Positions 1 through 12,819 of a stretch of 64,000 bases of DNA are shown in pieces; the stretch's first letter is position 1; the number at the start of each line of letters is the position of its first letter. The notes under the pieces are model-generated. The model was not told the origin of the DNA and did no database searches. It was given only the letters and a program-made list of their open reading frames with translations. The position numbers were made by a program, and so were the translations under genes. Origin of the DNA: Malacoraja senta. Lineage: Eukaryota. The stretch spans positions 1,302,001-1,366,000 of the forward strand of contig CM075990.1 in assembly GCA_038087875.1 (NCBI GenBank), given 5' to 3'.

Positions 1-644
1 TATTGGATTTGTAAAGTTAATTAACAATTGTTATAAACTATAACAAGTGGGGATGGAGGGGTTTTGGGATTGGTATGTGGGTAGGTGGGTCAATGAGAGC
101 CTCTATGTATGTTATGCCTTGTGCTGTATGTTCTATGTTGGACCCCATCGAAAACGAGATGACTCTCCATCTCAAGCGGTTATCCATGAATAAACTTGTT
201 CAAACTTGTTCAAGTGTCTAGCAACCGGGGATCAGTTCGGCAAAGGCAGAATGAGTGGAGGTTTTCAGCGAAATGATTGGCCAGTCAGATGCCTGGATTG
301 AAGGTATCGGCTGTAAGGAGAGGTTGGACAAACTTGGATTGATTTCCCTGGAATGCCAGATACCTGATGGAATTATATAAATTTATGCAGGCAGGTAAGA
401 GTTGGTCTTGGCATTTTGTTGTGCTCAAATTGTGCTTCTGATTTTCTTTTTTTGTCTTTTTGGAAGGAATTCTGTCCCTGATTTGTGTATTGGTCTTTAT
501 AACTTATTTTTTTAAATTCTGATTATATGTTTCCTATAAATCTCTGTAGGGTGTCCTTGAGACCTCGGTATAAGGCGCCCGTAAATAAAATTCATTATTA
601 TTATTGTGGGCCGAAGGGCCTGATGCCATGCTGCACTCCTCTAT

Positions 645-838
645 GTGTAGGAAAGAACTGCAGATGCTGGTTTAAATTGAAGATAGTCACAGCTTCTCTG
701 GAGAGAAGGAATGGGTGCCGTTTCGGGTCGAGAAAATCGTTTCCGTCTGAAGAAGGGTCTCGACCCGAAACGTCACCCATTCCTTCTCTCCAGAGATGTT
801 GCCTGACCCGCTGAGTCACTCCAGCATCTTGTGTCTGT
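645..838. mobile_element. Fold-back (inverted) pair of Penelope terminal units
   Basis: tctctggagagaaggaatgggtg..tttcgggtcgaga is inverted relative to tctcgacccgaaacgtcacccattccttctctccagaga. Confidence 0.75.
747..774 (+). ncRNA. Minimal type I hammerhead ribozyme-like motif
   Basis: CUGAAGA-A-GGGUCUCGACCC-GAAA-CGUC. Penelope elements are known to carry minimal hammerheads. Confidence 0.6.
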
Positions 839-979
839 CTGCACTCCTCTATGTTCTGTGTTCCATAGATAGAGTGGAAGCAGATAGTGATGGAGAGACT
901 GTTAACCATGAGGGCAGTGTAATAGGATGAGATTGGGAGGATGAGAAAGGAAAAAGGAAGAATCTGTTCCTCCTGTTGC

Positions 980-1282
980 AGCACAGTGACACAGCGGTAG
1001 AGTTGCTGCCTCACAGCGCCAGAGACCCGGGTTCAATCCTGACCATGGATGCTGTCTGTACGGAGTTTGTAAGTTCTCCCTGTGACCGCGTGGGTTTTCT
1101 CCGGGTGCTCCGGTTTCCTTCCACATCCCAAAGGCGTGGGGGTTTGTAGGCTAATTGTCTTCAGTAAAATTGTAAATTGTCCCTAGTGTGTAGGATAGTG
1201 CTAGTGCACGGGGATCGCTGGTCGGCACGGTCTTGGTGAGCCAAAGGGTCTGTTTCCACGCTATATCACTAAGGTCTAAAGT
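980..1282 (+). mobile_element. tRNA-derived SINE (HE1/V-SINE-like)
   Basis: A/B-box head (gcggtagagttgctg..ggttcaatcct), central domain and ctaaa tail. Confidence 0.85.
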
Positions 1283-1399
1283 AGAGTGGAGAGGCAAGGA
1301 GAGGGGATCTGCCCCAGTGGGGAGGGGGATTAGCCCAGGGGGGTAAACAGCAGCCCCTCTCCTGCCCCCTGAAGCCCCTACCCGTCCTGGACCGCTCTC

Positions 1400-1660
1400 C
1401 CTCCCAAAATCTCCCTCTCTTCCTCCCTCACTTGCCCTCTCCCACCCACATTTTCCCTCTCCCTACCTCACTCCCCATCTCCCTCCCACACTCCCCATCC
1501 CCCTCTCACTCCCACTCCCCCTCTCCCTCTCACACTCCCCCTCACCCTCGCACACACCCGCTCTCCTACACTCCCCTCCCCCTCTCACTCACTCCCATAC
1601 TCCCCCTCTCTCCCACACACCCCCTCTCTCTCCCACATTCCTCCTCTACTCTCCCTCCCC
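1400..1660. repeat. C/T-rich low-complexity tract
   Basis: (ctcccc/cacact)n. Confidence 0.9.
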
Positions 1661-1888
1661 CTGCTGTACAATCAGAGGTGCAGCCATTCACTGTGACCAT
1701 CCTGTAGACCTCCTGTACTCTGAAACAATCTCGGTTTATGTTTCACATTTACTCCCCTTCCCACTCCCACTCTCCCCCATCCGTCCTTCAGTCTCCCGGT
1801 TGCAGTTTTCCAATTTCAGACACCCCGCACCCCAATGGTCCGCTCCCCCACTCTCCCCCACCAACCTCACTCACCTCACTCATCCCCT

Positions 1889-3190
1889 TGGTAGACAAAA
1901 ATGCTGGAGAAACTCAGCGGGTGAGGCAGCATCTATGGAGCGAAGGAATAGGTGACGTTGGGGGTCGAGACCCTTCTTCAGACTGATGTGGGGGTGGAGG
2001 AGGAGAAGAAGAAAGGAAGAGGTGGAGACAGTGGGCTGTGGGAGAGCTGGGGAGTGGAAGGAGGGAGAAATCAAGGACTACCTGAAATTGGAGAAGTCAA
2101 TGTTCATACCGCTGGGGTGTAAACTGCCCAAGCGAAATATGTGGTGCTGCTCCTCCAACTTGCGTTGGGACTCACTCTGGCCATGGAGGAGGCCCAGGAC
2201 AGAAAGGTCAGATTCGGAATGGGAGGGAGAGTTGAAGTGTTGAGTCACCGGGAGATCAGGTTGGTTAGTGCGAACTGAGCGGAGGTGTTGGGCGAAGCGA
2301 TCGCCAAGCCTACGCTTGGTCTCACCGATGTAGAGCAGCTGACACCTTGAGCAGCGGATACAATAGATGAGGTTGGAGGAGGTGCAGGTGAACCTCTGCC
2401 TCACCTGGAAAGACTGCTTGGGTCCTTGGATGGAGTCGAGGGGGAAGGTAAAGCGACAAGTGTAGCATTTCCTGTGGTTGCAAGGGAAAGTACCAGTGGA
2501 GGGGGTGGTTTGGGTGGGAAAGGACAAATTGACCAGGGAGTTACGGAGGGAGCAGTCTCTGCGGAAAGCCGAAAGGGGAGGAGATGGGAAGATGTGGCCA
2601 GTGGTGGGATCCCATTGGAGGTGCCGAAAATGTTGGAGGATTATCTGTTGTATGTGACGGCCGGTGAGATGGAAGGTGAGGACAAGGGAGACTCTGTCCT
2701 AGTTACGAGTGGGAGGATGGGGAGTGAGAATGGAGCTACAGATCATAGAGAACACCCTGGTGAGAGCCTCATCTATGGTAGAAGAGGGGAACCCCAATTC
2801 CCTAAAGAATGAGGACATCTCCGATGCCCTGGTTTGGAACACCTCTTCCTGGGTGCAGATGCGGCGTCGACGGAGGAATTGGGAGTAGGGGATAGAGTCC
2901 TTACAGGATGCAGGGTGGGAAGAAGTGTAGTCCAGATAGCCATGGAAGTCAGTGGGTTGTAGTAGATGTCGGTCAGTAGTCTCTTACCTGCGATGGAGAT
3001 AGTGAGGTCTAGAAACGGTAGGGAGATGTCGGAAATGGAGCAGGTGAATTGGAGTGCCGGATGGAAGTTAGTGGTGAAATGGATGAAGTCAGTGAGTTCT
3101 GCATGGGTAGCGAATGCAATGTAGCGGAGGTAGAGTTTGGGGATAGGGCCACAGTACGCCTCGAACAATCTTTGTTCGACGTACCCTATC
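1889..3190 (-). mobile_element. Penelope-like retroelement, 5'-truncated (RT C-terminus plus GIY-YIG endonuclease)
   Basis: LIYCIRCSRCQLLYIGETKRRLGDRF (2078-2527), RT/thumb remnant YLRYI...FLDLTI, and a 3' terminal unit with a degenerate hammerhead core. Confidence 0.9.
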
Positions 3191-3489
3191 AAGTGGCATC
3201 CCCTCATCCCCTCCCTGCTTCCCCCTGCCCACAATCCTCTCCCCATCGGGCTCCATGATCAATCCCTATCACCCCCCTCTACCCCCCACCCCCAACACTC
3301 TACACCATCAATCGCTCCTCTCCCCCCCCTCCCCCCATAGACCTGATGCAGAATCTCCACCCAACATGTCAACCTACACCCGTCATCTGCACATATCTGC
3401 CTGAGCTGCTGCGTTCCTCCAGCATTCTGCTCTTGCATCTTGCTTACTTCTGCATCAGTAAGGGTATCAAAGGTTACGGGTAGAAGGCA

Positions 3490-3752
3490 GGGGTGGCGCA
3501 GAGGTAGAGTTGCTGCCTCAGAGCACCAGAGACCTGGGTTCGATCCTGATTACGGGTTCTGTCTGTACGGAGTTTGTACGTTCTTCCTGTGATCGTGTGG
3601 GTTTTCTCCGGATGCTCCGTTTTCCTCCCATTGTTGGATTCGGTAAAAATTGTAAATTGTCCTTCGTGTGTTTGTGTGCAAGGATCGCTGGTCGGCATGG
3701 ACCCGGTGGGCCGAAGGGCCTGTTTCCGCACTGTATCTCTAAACTAAACCAA
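3490..3752 (+). mobile_element. tRNA-derived SINE
   Basis: Same family as 980-1282. Confidence 0.85.
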
Positions 3753-3780
3753 ATTAAGAATGGGGTTGAGAGGGAGAAAT

Positions 3781-6700
3781 AGTAAGATTAAATGAGAACT
3801 TACCAGTTTGAAGTTTGATCTTTATTTTATGAGGAGTTACGATGAGGGATTACATGAAGAGCCCGCCAGCCTGCATGCGAGTCAACCTTCAAAGCAGCGG
3901 TGTGAAGTCATAAACATAAAATGTTATAATATTTGCAGATGTAACCATCCTGTCCAGTCGCAGCTCATGCAACGACTGGACCTGTTGTGCTGAAACCAGC
4001 GCCATGAGGATAACCACTTTGTAAGTGAGTTTGACCAAGGACAAAGATGTAGCTGGAGCCCACTGGTGAAGCAGCGTGAGCACCACGTTTACATCCCATA
4101 TCACCGAATACCTGGGCCTGGGGGAATTTCAGTTGAAGATACCCTTCATAAACCTGGATATCAGAGGGTGAGACCCGACAGAGTGGTGTTCCGATCCCAG
4201 CAACAAGTACGATGACAAGGCACTTCTGGCACCATTTATTGCACTATAACTCAATCCCTCATCAAAATATAGTTTAGAGTGGAATTCCAACCCATCTGTT
4301 ATACATACCGTGTCATACGATATGTAGGACTGTAACAGAACACTTCCTATTTTTTGATATAGGAGATGTACTGTTCCTTGGTACTATCTCTCCAGGCCGT
4401 AGTGATCACGTCCACCGTACGATCTGACAGTCCGAGCCCCAGAAAAGGTCTTCTCAGAGTCTGCAAACCAACAAATTGATTTGATCATGCAGTGGATGGT
4501 CCTCCCCAGTCACGGGGTGAACCAGCAGATATCTGCGTTTGGGAACGGCCATACAAGGCTCTGATATTATTCCTAGTATCAGTGGGAACCATGGCTGCGT
4601 AGGTCAGTCAGGCATTACCAACATGCCTGACGCGGGGTCTTGCTGGATTTTTGCAAGCACCGACTGATGAGGCAAAATGGAGGGAAATGCCTCGAAGAAC
4701 ATTCCTCCCCAGTGTAGCGAGAATGCATCCATCGCCACTGCCCCTGGGTCTGGCTCCCATGCTGTCCGGTGTTCCATACCGAGCAACAATGTCGTTCACA
4801 CGTTATGATCGAACATCCATTCTGTGTTGTCATTAATTTCCGCGACCTAGTGTCCGCCACCATAATTAAGCCTTCCTGGCAAGTAGGTAGCTGAAATCAA
4901 AGTGCTTCTCACAATACACCAGTGCCAAATAAGGTTAGCCATGCACCCATGTGATTAATATATGCGACCGCTGTAGTGTTGTCAATCTGTAGTGGAAAAC
5001 GTAGCTGATGCATATTCCCTCAATAAGCCTTCAACCCATAGAGTGCTCCCAGCAACTCTAAGCAGTTAATACCATGTAACTGAAGAATTGATGACTCATG
5101 CACATTCCATCTGCCACCGCAGTGAGATATGGTATAGTAGCTCCCTATCCTAGAACACTAGCATCAGTTTGTAAATATAACTGAAGGTTCGTTGACCAAA
5201 ATGTTATTGGAGCAATGCCGAATATTGGTCATCCACCACTGTAACTCAGAAATGGCTTCAGCTGGCAATCACATAGGTCTGTTAAAGCGACCTGCATGGT
5301 ATTTGAGTGCCTGCTCCTTTGCACGTTGTACATTTTATGTAATGCAAAGGCCCAAACTGTGCAACTGAAAAGCAGCCACTAATTTGCCAATTATACTGGC
5401 TATTTGTCGAAATAGAAGGTTGCTCCTTAACAATAAGATTGTTACAGGCTTCTATTAATTCTAATCTCTTGCCCGAAGGCAGAGTCACAGACATGTGAAT
5501 AGAGTTAATGGTAAATTCGAAATAATCAATAACTCTAGATGGTATTAACTTGGATTTAACTGGATGGATGAGAAAACCCCAAACTCTCAAACATGAGTTT
5601 AGTGGCTGAAAGCTAATTTAGCTAATTTCAGGGATTTACCTAAAATGAAGATATCATCCAAGTATGCCACCACAATATGACTTCAATAATTTTGTAAATA
5701 ATCTTGGGCCTGAAGTTAACCCATTAGGCAATGCTTTAACTGCCACATTTGCCCCATCCAGCTAAAGTTCAAACATCTCCAGTGAACCCAGTGAATGGGT
5801 ACCGAATAGTATGAATCTTTGAGATCGGTGCATGCCATATAACATCCTTTGGAAACCAGTTGTTTGGTAGTAACAATGTTTTCCATTTTGAAATGTCTAT
5901 ACTGCACAAAGGAGTTAAGTTGAGTCAAATCAAGGATGATTAGGCATCCTCCATCCTTCTTTTGTCTTGTAAATATATTAGAACAATTGGTGAGGTTCAT
6001 GACTCGACTTTGCAATTACCTCCTTTGTGTATTGAATTTCAGCTTGTACATCCAAACCTTCCTGTTGTAAATAAACAAATGTCTGGTTTGGTGTATTCTG
6101 TGTGGGTGGAAAACGAATTGGGAAGGAATTTGATTTAGAACCCTTGTATACTGTGCAGTATAAACGGATCTGATGTTATCCAACGCTATTTATTCAAAAC
6201 AAGTGTAATCTCCCACCAACTTGTAACTGACCCACACACCCTATGTTCCAGAAAGAACCAGACCCACCTACCTCCATGGTTACTGGTGGATGTATGGTTT
6301 CCATTTCCGCCCCCGAGGTTTTGGGGCTAGGGCTGATGGAGTGCGCGAACTGCGCATCTTCGACGAGGGCCGGCCTGGCCTTGGCCTAAAAAAGACCTGC
6401 CCAGATTGTTCGGCCTTCCTGCTGATAGAAGCGTAGTGGTGCTGCCGCCAGAATGATGAAGCTTTGCTTGTCGATGGAGTCTTTATCAGCCCGACAGCTT
6501 TCGCTGCTTCGTCCAGGTCCGTGACCTGCTTCGGCAGATCTTATCTGAACAAAAAATCAGGCGGCTGTACAATGTTGGCCCTGCACAGTCCCGCAACTTG
6601 GGGTTCAGTGCAGGTCGGATGGCATTTTACGAAAATAGTTAATTTCAAAATGTTCGTTGCACATTAATGCCAGGGCATCCTGTTGTACATCAGACAAGGG

Positions 6701-7651
6701 ACCCCATCCACCTTCGATGTAACCCCAGATAGAGCTGTTCCCAGCCAGCACGTTTAGTGAAGCACATTTAGCAGGTGTGTGGTACTCCATAGTTGTTTCC
6801 ACCATTACCTGTTCCTGGAGCTGGTGCGATGCGAGGTAGTTAATGCTCGTAGCTAATTCCTCACCCAGCAGCTCCCCTATTTGCGAGTGTATCACAACAT
6901 TGATGCCATAACAGGCAATTCTGCTTCACGCACATCGTGCATCCTGGTATGCACTCTGGACATACCTCTGAACTCACTTCCGAGTTTGGAGTCAGTCATC
7001 CACTGACCCCTGGCACTCCCCTCCACAGAGAGGGAGATTAGTAAGCAACCCTGAAACAGGTGCTGCCGCAGGCCCCCGAGGAGACTTGCGCTGATATGGC
7101 CCCATTCCACGGACCATATCAGGATGGAGCATCATCGTTGTGGGATGAACGCCCGAGGACGCTATCCATGCTCCATCTGGGTTAAACGTCTGAGGATGTA
7201 CCCATGTATATCAGAGGGGAACCCTCCAGGCCTGGCTCTTCCCAACCCAGGCCTCTCTGACTCCGTTTGGCTGCCCACCTCTTTGGGCTGCCGAAGTCGG
7301 AAGTCGCTGACCGCACTGTCAGCGACTCGGGTAGCGAACCCGACGGCCACCCGCTACCCGCACTTCCGCGGTCCGTAGCCGGCATCCCCGCGGTTCGTAA
7401 TTGGCTTCCCCGCGGTCCGTCCGGGGTTCACCCCATAATTCAATGTCCAGCAGGAACTCTGCAAAAGAGATTCCTGCAACAAAGGACAACCTGAAAAATA
7501 AGTTTGAAACTCACCTGCAGGATTTTGAAACTTACCGCTGGAGGAGCGACGTGCCTGCCAGCCAGTCGTGCACCATGCGTTAGACGTAATGACGCGCATG
7601 CAGGCTGGCGGGCTTCTTCACGTAGTCATTCACGTGACTCCGAAGTAAAAT
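3781..7651 (-). mobile_element. DIRS1-type tyrosine-recombinase retrotransposon, degenerate; ICR and YR C-terminus deleted
   Basis: Inverted terminal repeats (gaagagcccgccagcctgcatgcg / cgcatgcaggctggcgggcttcttc). Remnants of gag (6605-7350), RT (KKDGGCLIILDL...YRHFKME), RNase H and YR (LMALVSAQQVQSL). AAT at both junctions; inserted in a CR1 3' UTR. Confidence 0.92.
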
Positions 7652-8659
7652 CAGCCATGGATGAATAGTGGAGTAGACTCGATGGGCTGAATGGCCTAAT
7701 ACTGCTTTATTGTCTTACGGTCTTATTCCAGCAATGTTTGTTCACTGTATTGTCCAACTCTCTTTACTCAAAGCTCCTGAGGGAAAATGTGTAAGAAGGA
7801 ACTGCAGGTGCTGGCTTACACCGAGGATAGACACAAAATACTGGGGTAACTCAGTGGGTCAGACAGCATCTCTGGGTGATGATTCGGTTCCAGACACTAC
7901 TTTATATCATTTGGAGCTAACTAGCCTTAGGGTGGCTGAGTAGAATTGATGGGCAGAATAGCCTTATGGTCTTATGGTCTGTGGTTATATTAGAATGTTT
8001 TCATTTTCGTTTAGAGATACAGAGTGGAAACAGGCCCTTCAGTCCACTGAGTCTGCGCTGTATCTCTAAATTAACAAGCAGATCGAGTCGTCAAGAAGGT
8101 GTATGGTAGACTTGCTTTCAGCAGTTGAGGAATTGAGAATAAGATTCAGGAAGTCATGTTGCAGCTTTATAGGAGTTAGCTTAGGATCCATTTTGGAGTA
8201 TTGCGTGCAGTCTGGTTGCCCCATTACACAAAGGACGTGGAGGCTTTGGAGAAGGTGCAGAAGAGATTTACTAAAAATGCTGCCTGGGTATTAGCTGTAA
8301 GGAAAGGTTGGACAAAATCTATATTTACTGCAGTGTCGGAGGTTGAGAGGAACAATGATACAGAGAGTAGGTCTGGAAAATTAGTTGCCTGGAACATGCT
8401 GCCGGGGTGGGGGGGGGGGGGGTGGGTGGTGGAGACACATACAATAGTGGAATTTATGATGCTTTTAGATAGGCACATGGATATGAGGGGAATGCAGAGA
8501 TATGGATCACGTGCAGGCAGAGGAGATTAGTTTTTCATGGCATCATGTTTGGCACAGATATTGTGGGCTGAAGGGCCTGTTCCTTTGCTCAACTGTTCTA
8601 TGACTTATGGATCTACTCAGCAAGGGAAACCCCTCCATGACCCTAGAGACACAAGGAAG

Positions 8660-11520
8660 CAAGGAGCATTCGTAATAAGGTGGATGAGTTGAACGTGCAG
8701 ATAGCTATTAATGATTATGATATAGTTGGGATCACGGAGACATGGCTGCAGGGTGACCAAGGCTGGGAGCTGAACATCCAGGGATATTCAATATTCAGGA
8801 GGGATAGAGAGAAAGGAAAAGGAGGTGGGGTAGCGTTGCTGATTAGAGAGGAGATTAACGCAGTGGAAAGGAAGGAAATTAGCTTGGAGGATGTGGAATC
8901 GGTATGGGTAGAGCTGCGAAACACTAATGGGCAGAAAACGCTGGTGGGTGTTGTGTACAGGCCACCTAGCAGTAGTAGTGAAGTTGGGGATGGCATCAAA
9001 CAGGAAATTAGAAATGCGTGCAACAAAGGCAAAACAGTTATAATGGGTGACTTCAATCTACATATAGGTTGGGTGAATCAAATTGGCAGGGGTGCTGAGG
9101 AAGAGGATTTCTTGGAATGTATGCGGGATAGTTATCTAAACCAACATCTAGCGGAACCAACGAGAGAGCAGGCTATTCTAGACTGGGTATTGAGTAATGA
9201 GGAAGGGTTAGTTAGCAGTCTTGTTGGGCGTGCCCCCTTGGGCAAGAGTGACCATAATATGGTTGAGTTCTTCATTAGGATGGAGAGTGCCATTGTTAAT
9301 TCAGAAACAACGGTTCTGAAGTTAAAGAAAGGTAACTTTGAGGGTATGAGACGTGAATTGGCCAAGATTGACTGGCAATTAGTTCTAAAAGGGTTGACGG
9401 TGGATATGCAATGGAAGGCATTTAAAGACTGCATGGATGAACTACAAAAATTGTTCATCCCAGTTTGGCAAAAGAATAAATCAGGAAAGGATGTGCATCC
9501 GTGGATAACAAGGGAAATCAGGGATAGTATCAAAGCAAAAGATGATGCGTACAAATTAGCCAGAAAAAGCAGCATACCAGAGGACTGGGAGAAATTCAGA
9601 GATCAGCAGAGGAGGACAAAGGGCTTAATTAGGAAAGGGAAAATAGATTATGAAAGAAAACTGGCAGGGAACATAAAAACTGACTGCAAAAGTTTTTATA
9701 GATATGTGAAGAGAAAGAGATTAGTTAAAACAAATGTAGGTCCCTTGCAGTCATAAACAGCTGAATTGATCATGGGGAACAAGGATATGGCAGACCAATT
9801 GAATAACTACTTTGGTTCCGTCTTCACTAAGGAAGACATAAATAATAAGCAGGGGACCACGGGTCAAAGGAGATGGAGGAACTGAGTGAAATCCAGGTTA
9901 GTCGGGAAGTGCTGTTGGGTAATTTGAATGGATTGAAAGCCGATAAATAACCAGGGCCAGATAGGCTGCATCCCAGAGTACTTAAGGAAGTAGCTCCAGA
10001 AATAGTGGATGCATTAGTGATAATTTTTCAAAACTCTTTAGATTCTGGAGTAGTTCCTGAGGATTGGAGGGTAGCAAACGTAACCCCACTTTTTAAGAAG
10101 GGAGGGAGAGAGAAAACGGGGAATTACAGACCAGTTAGTCTAACATCGGTAGTGGGGAAACTGCTAGAGTCAGTTATTAAAGATGGGGTAGCAGCACATT
10201 TGGAAAGTGGTGAAATCATTGGACAAAGTCAGCATGGATTTACGAAAGGTAAATCATGTCTGACGAATCTTATAGAATTTTTCGAGGATGTAACTAGTAG
10301 AGTGGATAGGGGAGAACCAGTGGATGTGTTGTATCTGGACTTTCAGAAGGCTTTCGACAAGGTCCCACATAAGAGATTAATATACAAACTTAAAGCACAC
10401 GGTATTGGGGGTTCAGTATTGATGTGGATAGAGAACTGGCTGGCAAACAGGAAGCAAAGAGTAGGAGTAAACGGGTCCTTTTCACAATGGCAGGCAGTGA
10501 CTAGTGGGGTACCACAAGGCTCAGTGCTGGGACCCCAGCTATTTACAATTTATATTAATGAACTGGATGAGGGAATTGAAGGCAACATCTCCAAGTTTGC
10601 AGATGACACTAAGCTGGGGAGCAGTGTTAGCTGTGAGGAGGATGCTAGGGGACTGCAAGGTGACTTGGATAGGCTGGGTGAGTGGGCAAATGTTTGGCAG
10701 ATGCAGTATAATGTGGATAAATGTGAGGTTATCCACTTTGGTGGCAAAAACAGGAAAGCAGACTATTATCTAAATGGTGGCCGATTAGGAAAAGGGGAGA
10801 TGCAGCGAGACCTGGGTGTCATGGTACACCAGTCATTGAAAGTAGGCATGCAGGTGCAGTAGGCAGTGAAGAAAGCGAATGGTATGTTAGCTTTCATAGC
10901 AGAAGGATTTGAGTATAGGAGCAGGGAGGTTCTACTGCAGTTGTACAGGGTATTGGTGAGACCACACCTGGAGTATTGCGTACAGTTTTGGTCTCCAAAT
11001 CTGAGGAAGGACATTGTAGCCACAGAGGGAGTGCAGAGAAGGTTCACCAGACTGATTCCTGGGATGTCAGGACTTTCATATGAAGAAAGACTGGATAGAC
11101 TCGGCTTATAGTTGCTAGAATTTAGGAGATTGAGAGGGGATCTTATAGAAACTTACAAAATTCTTATGGGGTTGGACAGGCTAGATGCAGGAAGATTGTT
11201 CCCGATGTTGGGGAAGTCCAGGACAAGGGTTCACAGCTTAAGGATAAGGGGGAAATCCTTTAAGACCGAGATGAGAAAAAACTTTTTCACACAGAGTGGT
11301 GAATCTCTGGAACTCTCTGCCACAGAGGGTAGTTGAGGCCAGTTCATTGGCTATATTTAAGAGGGAGTTAGATGTGGCCCTTGTGGCTAAAGGGATCAGG
11401 GGGTATGGAGAGAAGGCAGGTACGGGATACTGAGTTGGATGATCAGCCATGATCATATTGAATAACTCGAAGGGCCGAATGGCCTACTCCTGCACCTAAT
11501 TTCTATGTTTCTATGTTTCT
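8660..11520 (+). mobile_element. CR1 LINE with near-complete ORF2 (APE endonuclease plus RT), several stops
   Basis: GITETW, GDFN, SDHN, YLDFQKAFDKV, GVPQGSVLGP and FADD motifs; 3' (ttctatgt)n tail. Confidence 0.96.
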
Positions 11521-11529
11521 AAAGTGCTG

Positions 11530-11682
11530 GCGAGGCTAAAGGGATCAGGGGGTATGGAGAGAAGGCAGGTACGGGATACTGAGTTGGATGATCAGCCATG
11601 ATCATATTGAATGGCGGTGCAGGCTCGAAGGGCCGAATGGCCTACTCCTGCACCTATTTTCTATGTATCTATGTATCTATGG
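11530..11682 (+). mobile_element. Second CR1 3' end in tandem
   Basis: Repeats 11385-11520 and has its own tail. Confidence 0.85.
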
Positions 11683-11699
11683 AAGTGCAGATACTGCTG

Positions 11700-12470
11700 T
11701 AAAGGGCCATAGCATTGAGTATGAAGTATTGAGTATGAAGTTGGGAAGACATGTTGCATTTGTATAAGACGTTGGTGAGGCCGCACTTTGAGTATTGTGT
11801 TCAGATCCGGGCACCATGTTATAGGAAAGATGTTGTCAAGTTGGGAAGGGTACAGAGAAGATTTACGAGAATGTTGCCAGGACTAGAGGGTGTGAGCTAC
11901 AGGGAGAGGTTGAGCAGGCTGGGAGCGCAGGAGGATGAGGTGTACAAAATCTTATAGAGGTGTCCAAAATCATGAGAGGAATAGACTGGGTAGATGTACA
12001 GTCTCTTGCCCAGAGTAGGTGAATCGAAGACCAGAGTACATAGTAATTTGTTGAGTTTCTCCAGCATTTTGTGTATGACATTAATGATACTGTTTTTCAC
12101 ATTCGCTGCAAACTTATGAATCAGCCCAGCTACATTTTTGTCCGAATGATGTATAAATATTATGAAGAACAATGGACCTAGCGCTGAACCCTGAGGAACA
12201 CCACGGGTCACAGACTGCCAGTCGGAAGGATCCCCTCCTTCCTGACCCACGGTGTTCTGTGGCCAAGCCAATTTTAAATCCTGTCTACTAAACCTGTGGT
12301 TCCCATGTGCCTTAATCTCATGGATCAGCCCACCACGAGGGCCCTTGTCACAAGCTTGCCAGTCCATGTAAACAATATCCACTGCACTATCCTCATCACC
12401 ATCTGCACTTCCTCCTCAAAACACTCAAACACTGCATGACATGATAGTCCTGCACAAAGCCACAGTGACT
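11700..12470. mobile_element. Older CR1 fragments (plus about 11700-12040; minus about 12090-12470)
   Basis: LVRPHFEYCVQ and GVPQGSALGPL. Confidence 0.8.
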
Positions 12471-12489
12471 AGCACGACATATTGAGTCA

Positions 12490-12819
12490 AGAGTCCAGAG
12501 TGTTTTATTGTCATAGGTCCCAAAACAGAACAATGAAATTCTTACTTGCAGCAACACTACAGATATGTAAACACAGTAGTCTGTAACCTATAATAAACAA
12601 CAAAAAGAAAAGCAGTATATATAGATATATTAACAAAACAGACAAAGAAATAGACTATAATAGTGCAAAATAATGTCCCCAACTCTATTTAGTTTGGAAT
12701 CTATTTAAAGGTTGTAGTGTTTAATAGCCTAATGCTTGTAAGGAAGAAGCTACTCCTGAACCTGGACATTACTTTTCAGGCTCCTGTACCTTCCTCCCAA
12801 TGTGCAATGATTGTGTGGC
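12490..12819 (-). mobile_element. Rex1/Babar-like LINE 3' fragment hosting the ERV (continues at 20482-20560)
   Basis: RKAASFIRDPHHPGH motif at 20482-20530 is contiguous across the TSD with this segment. Confidence 0.55.

Noticed and set aside
980-1050. tRNA gene
   Set aside because: It is the tRNA-derived head of a multi-copy SINE, not a full cloverleaf.
1432-1707. Pro/Ser/His-rich ORF
   Set aside because: Translation of low-complexity CT-rich DNA.
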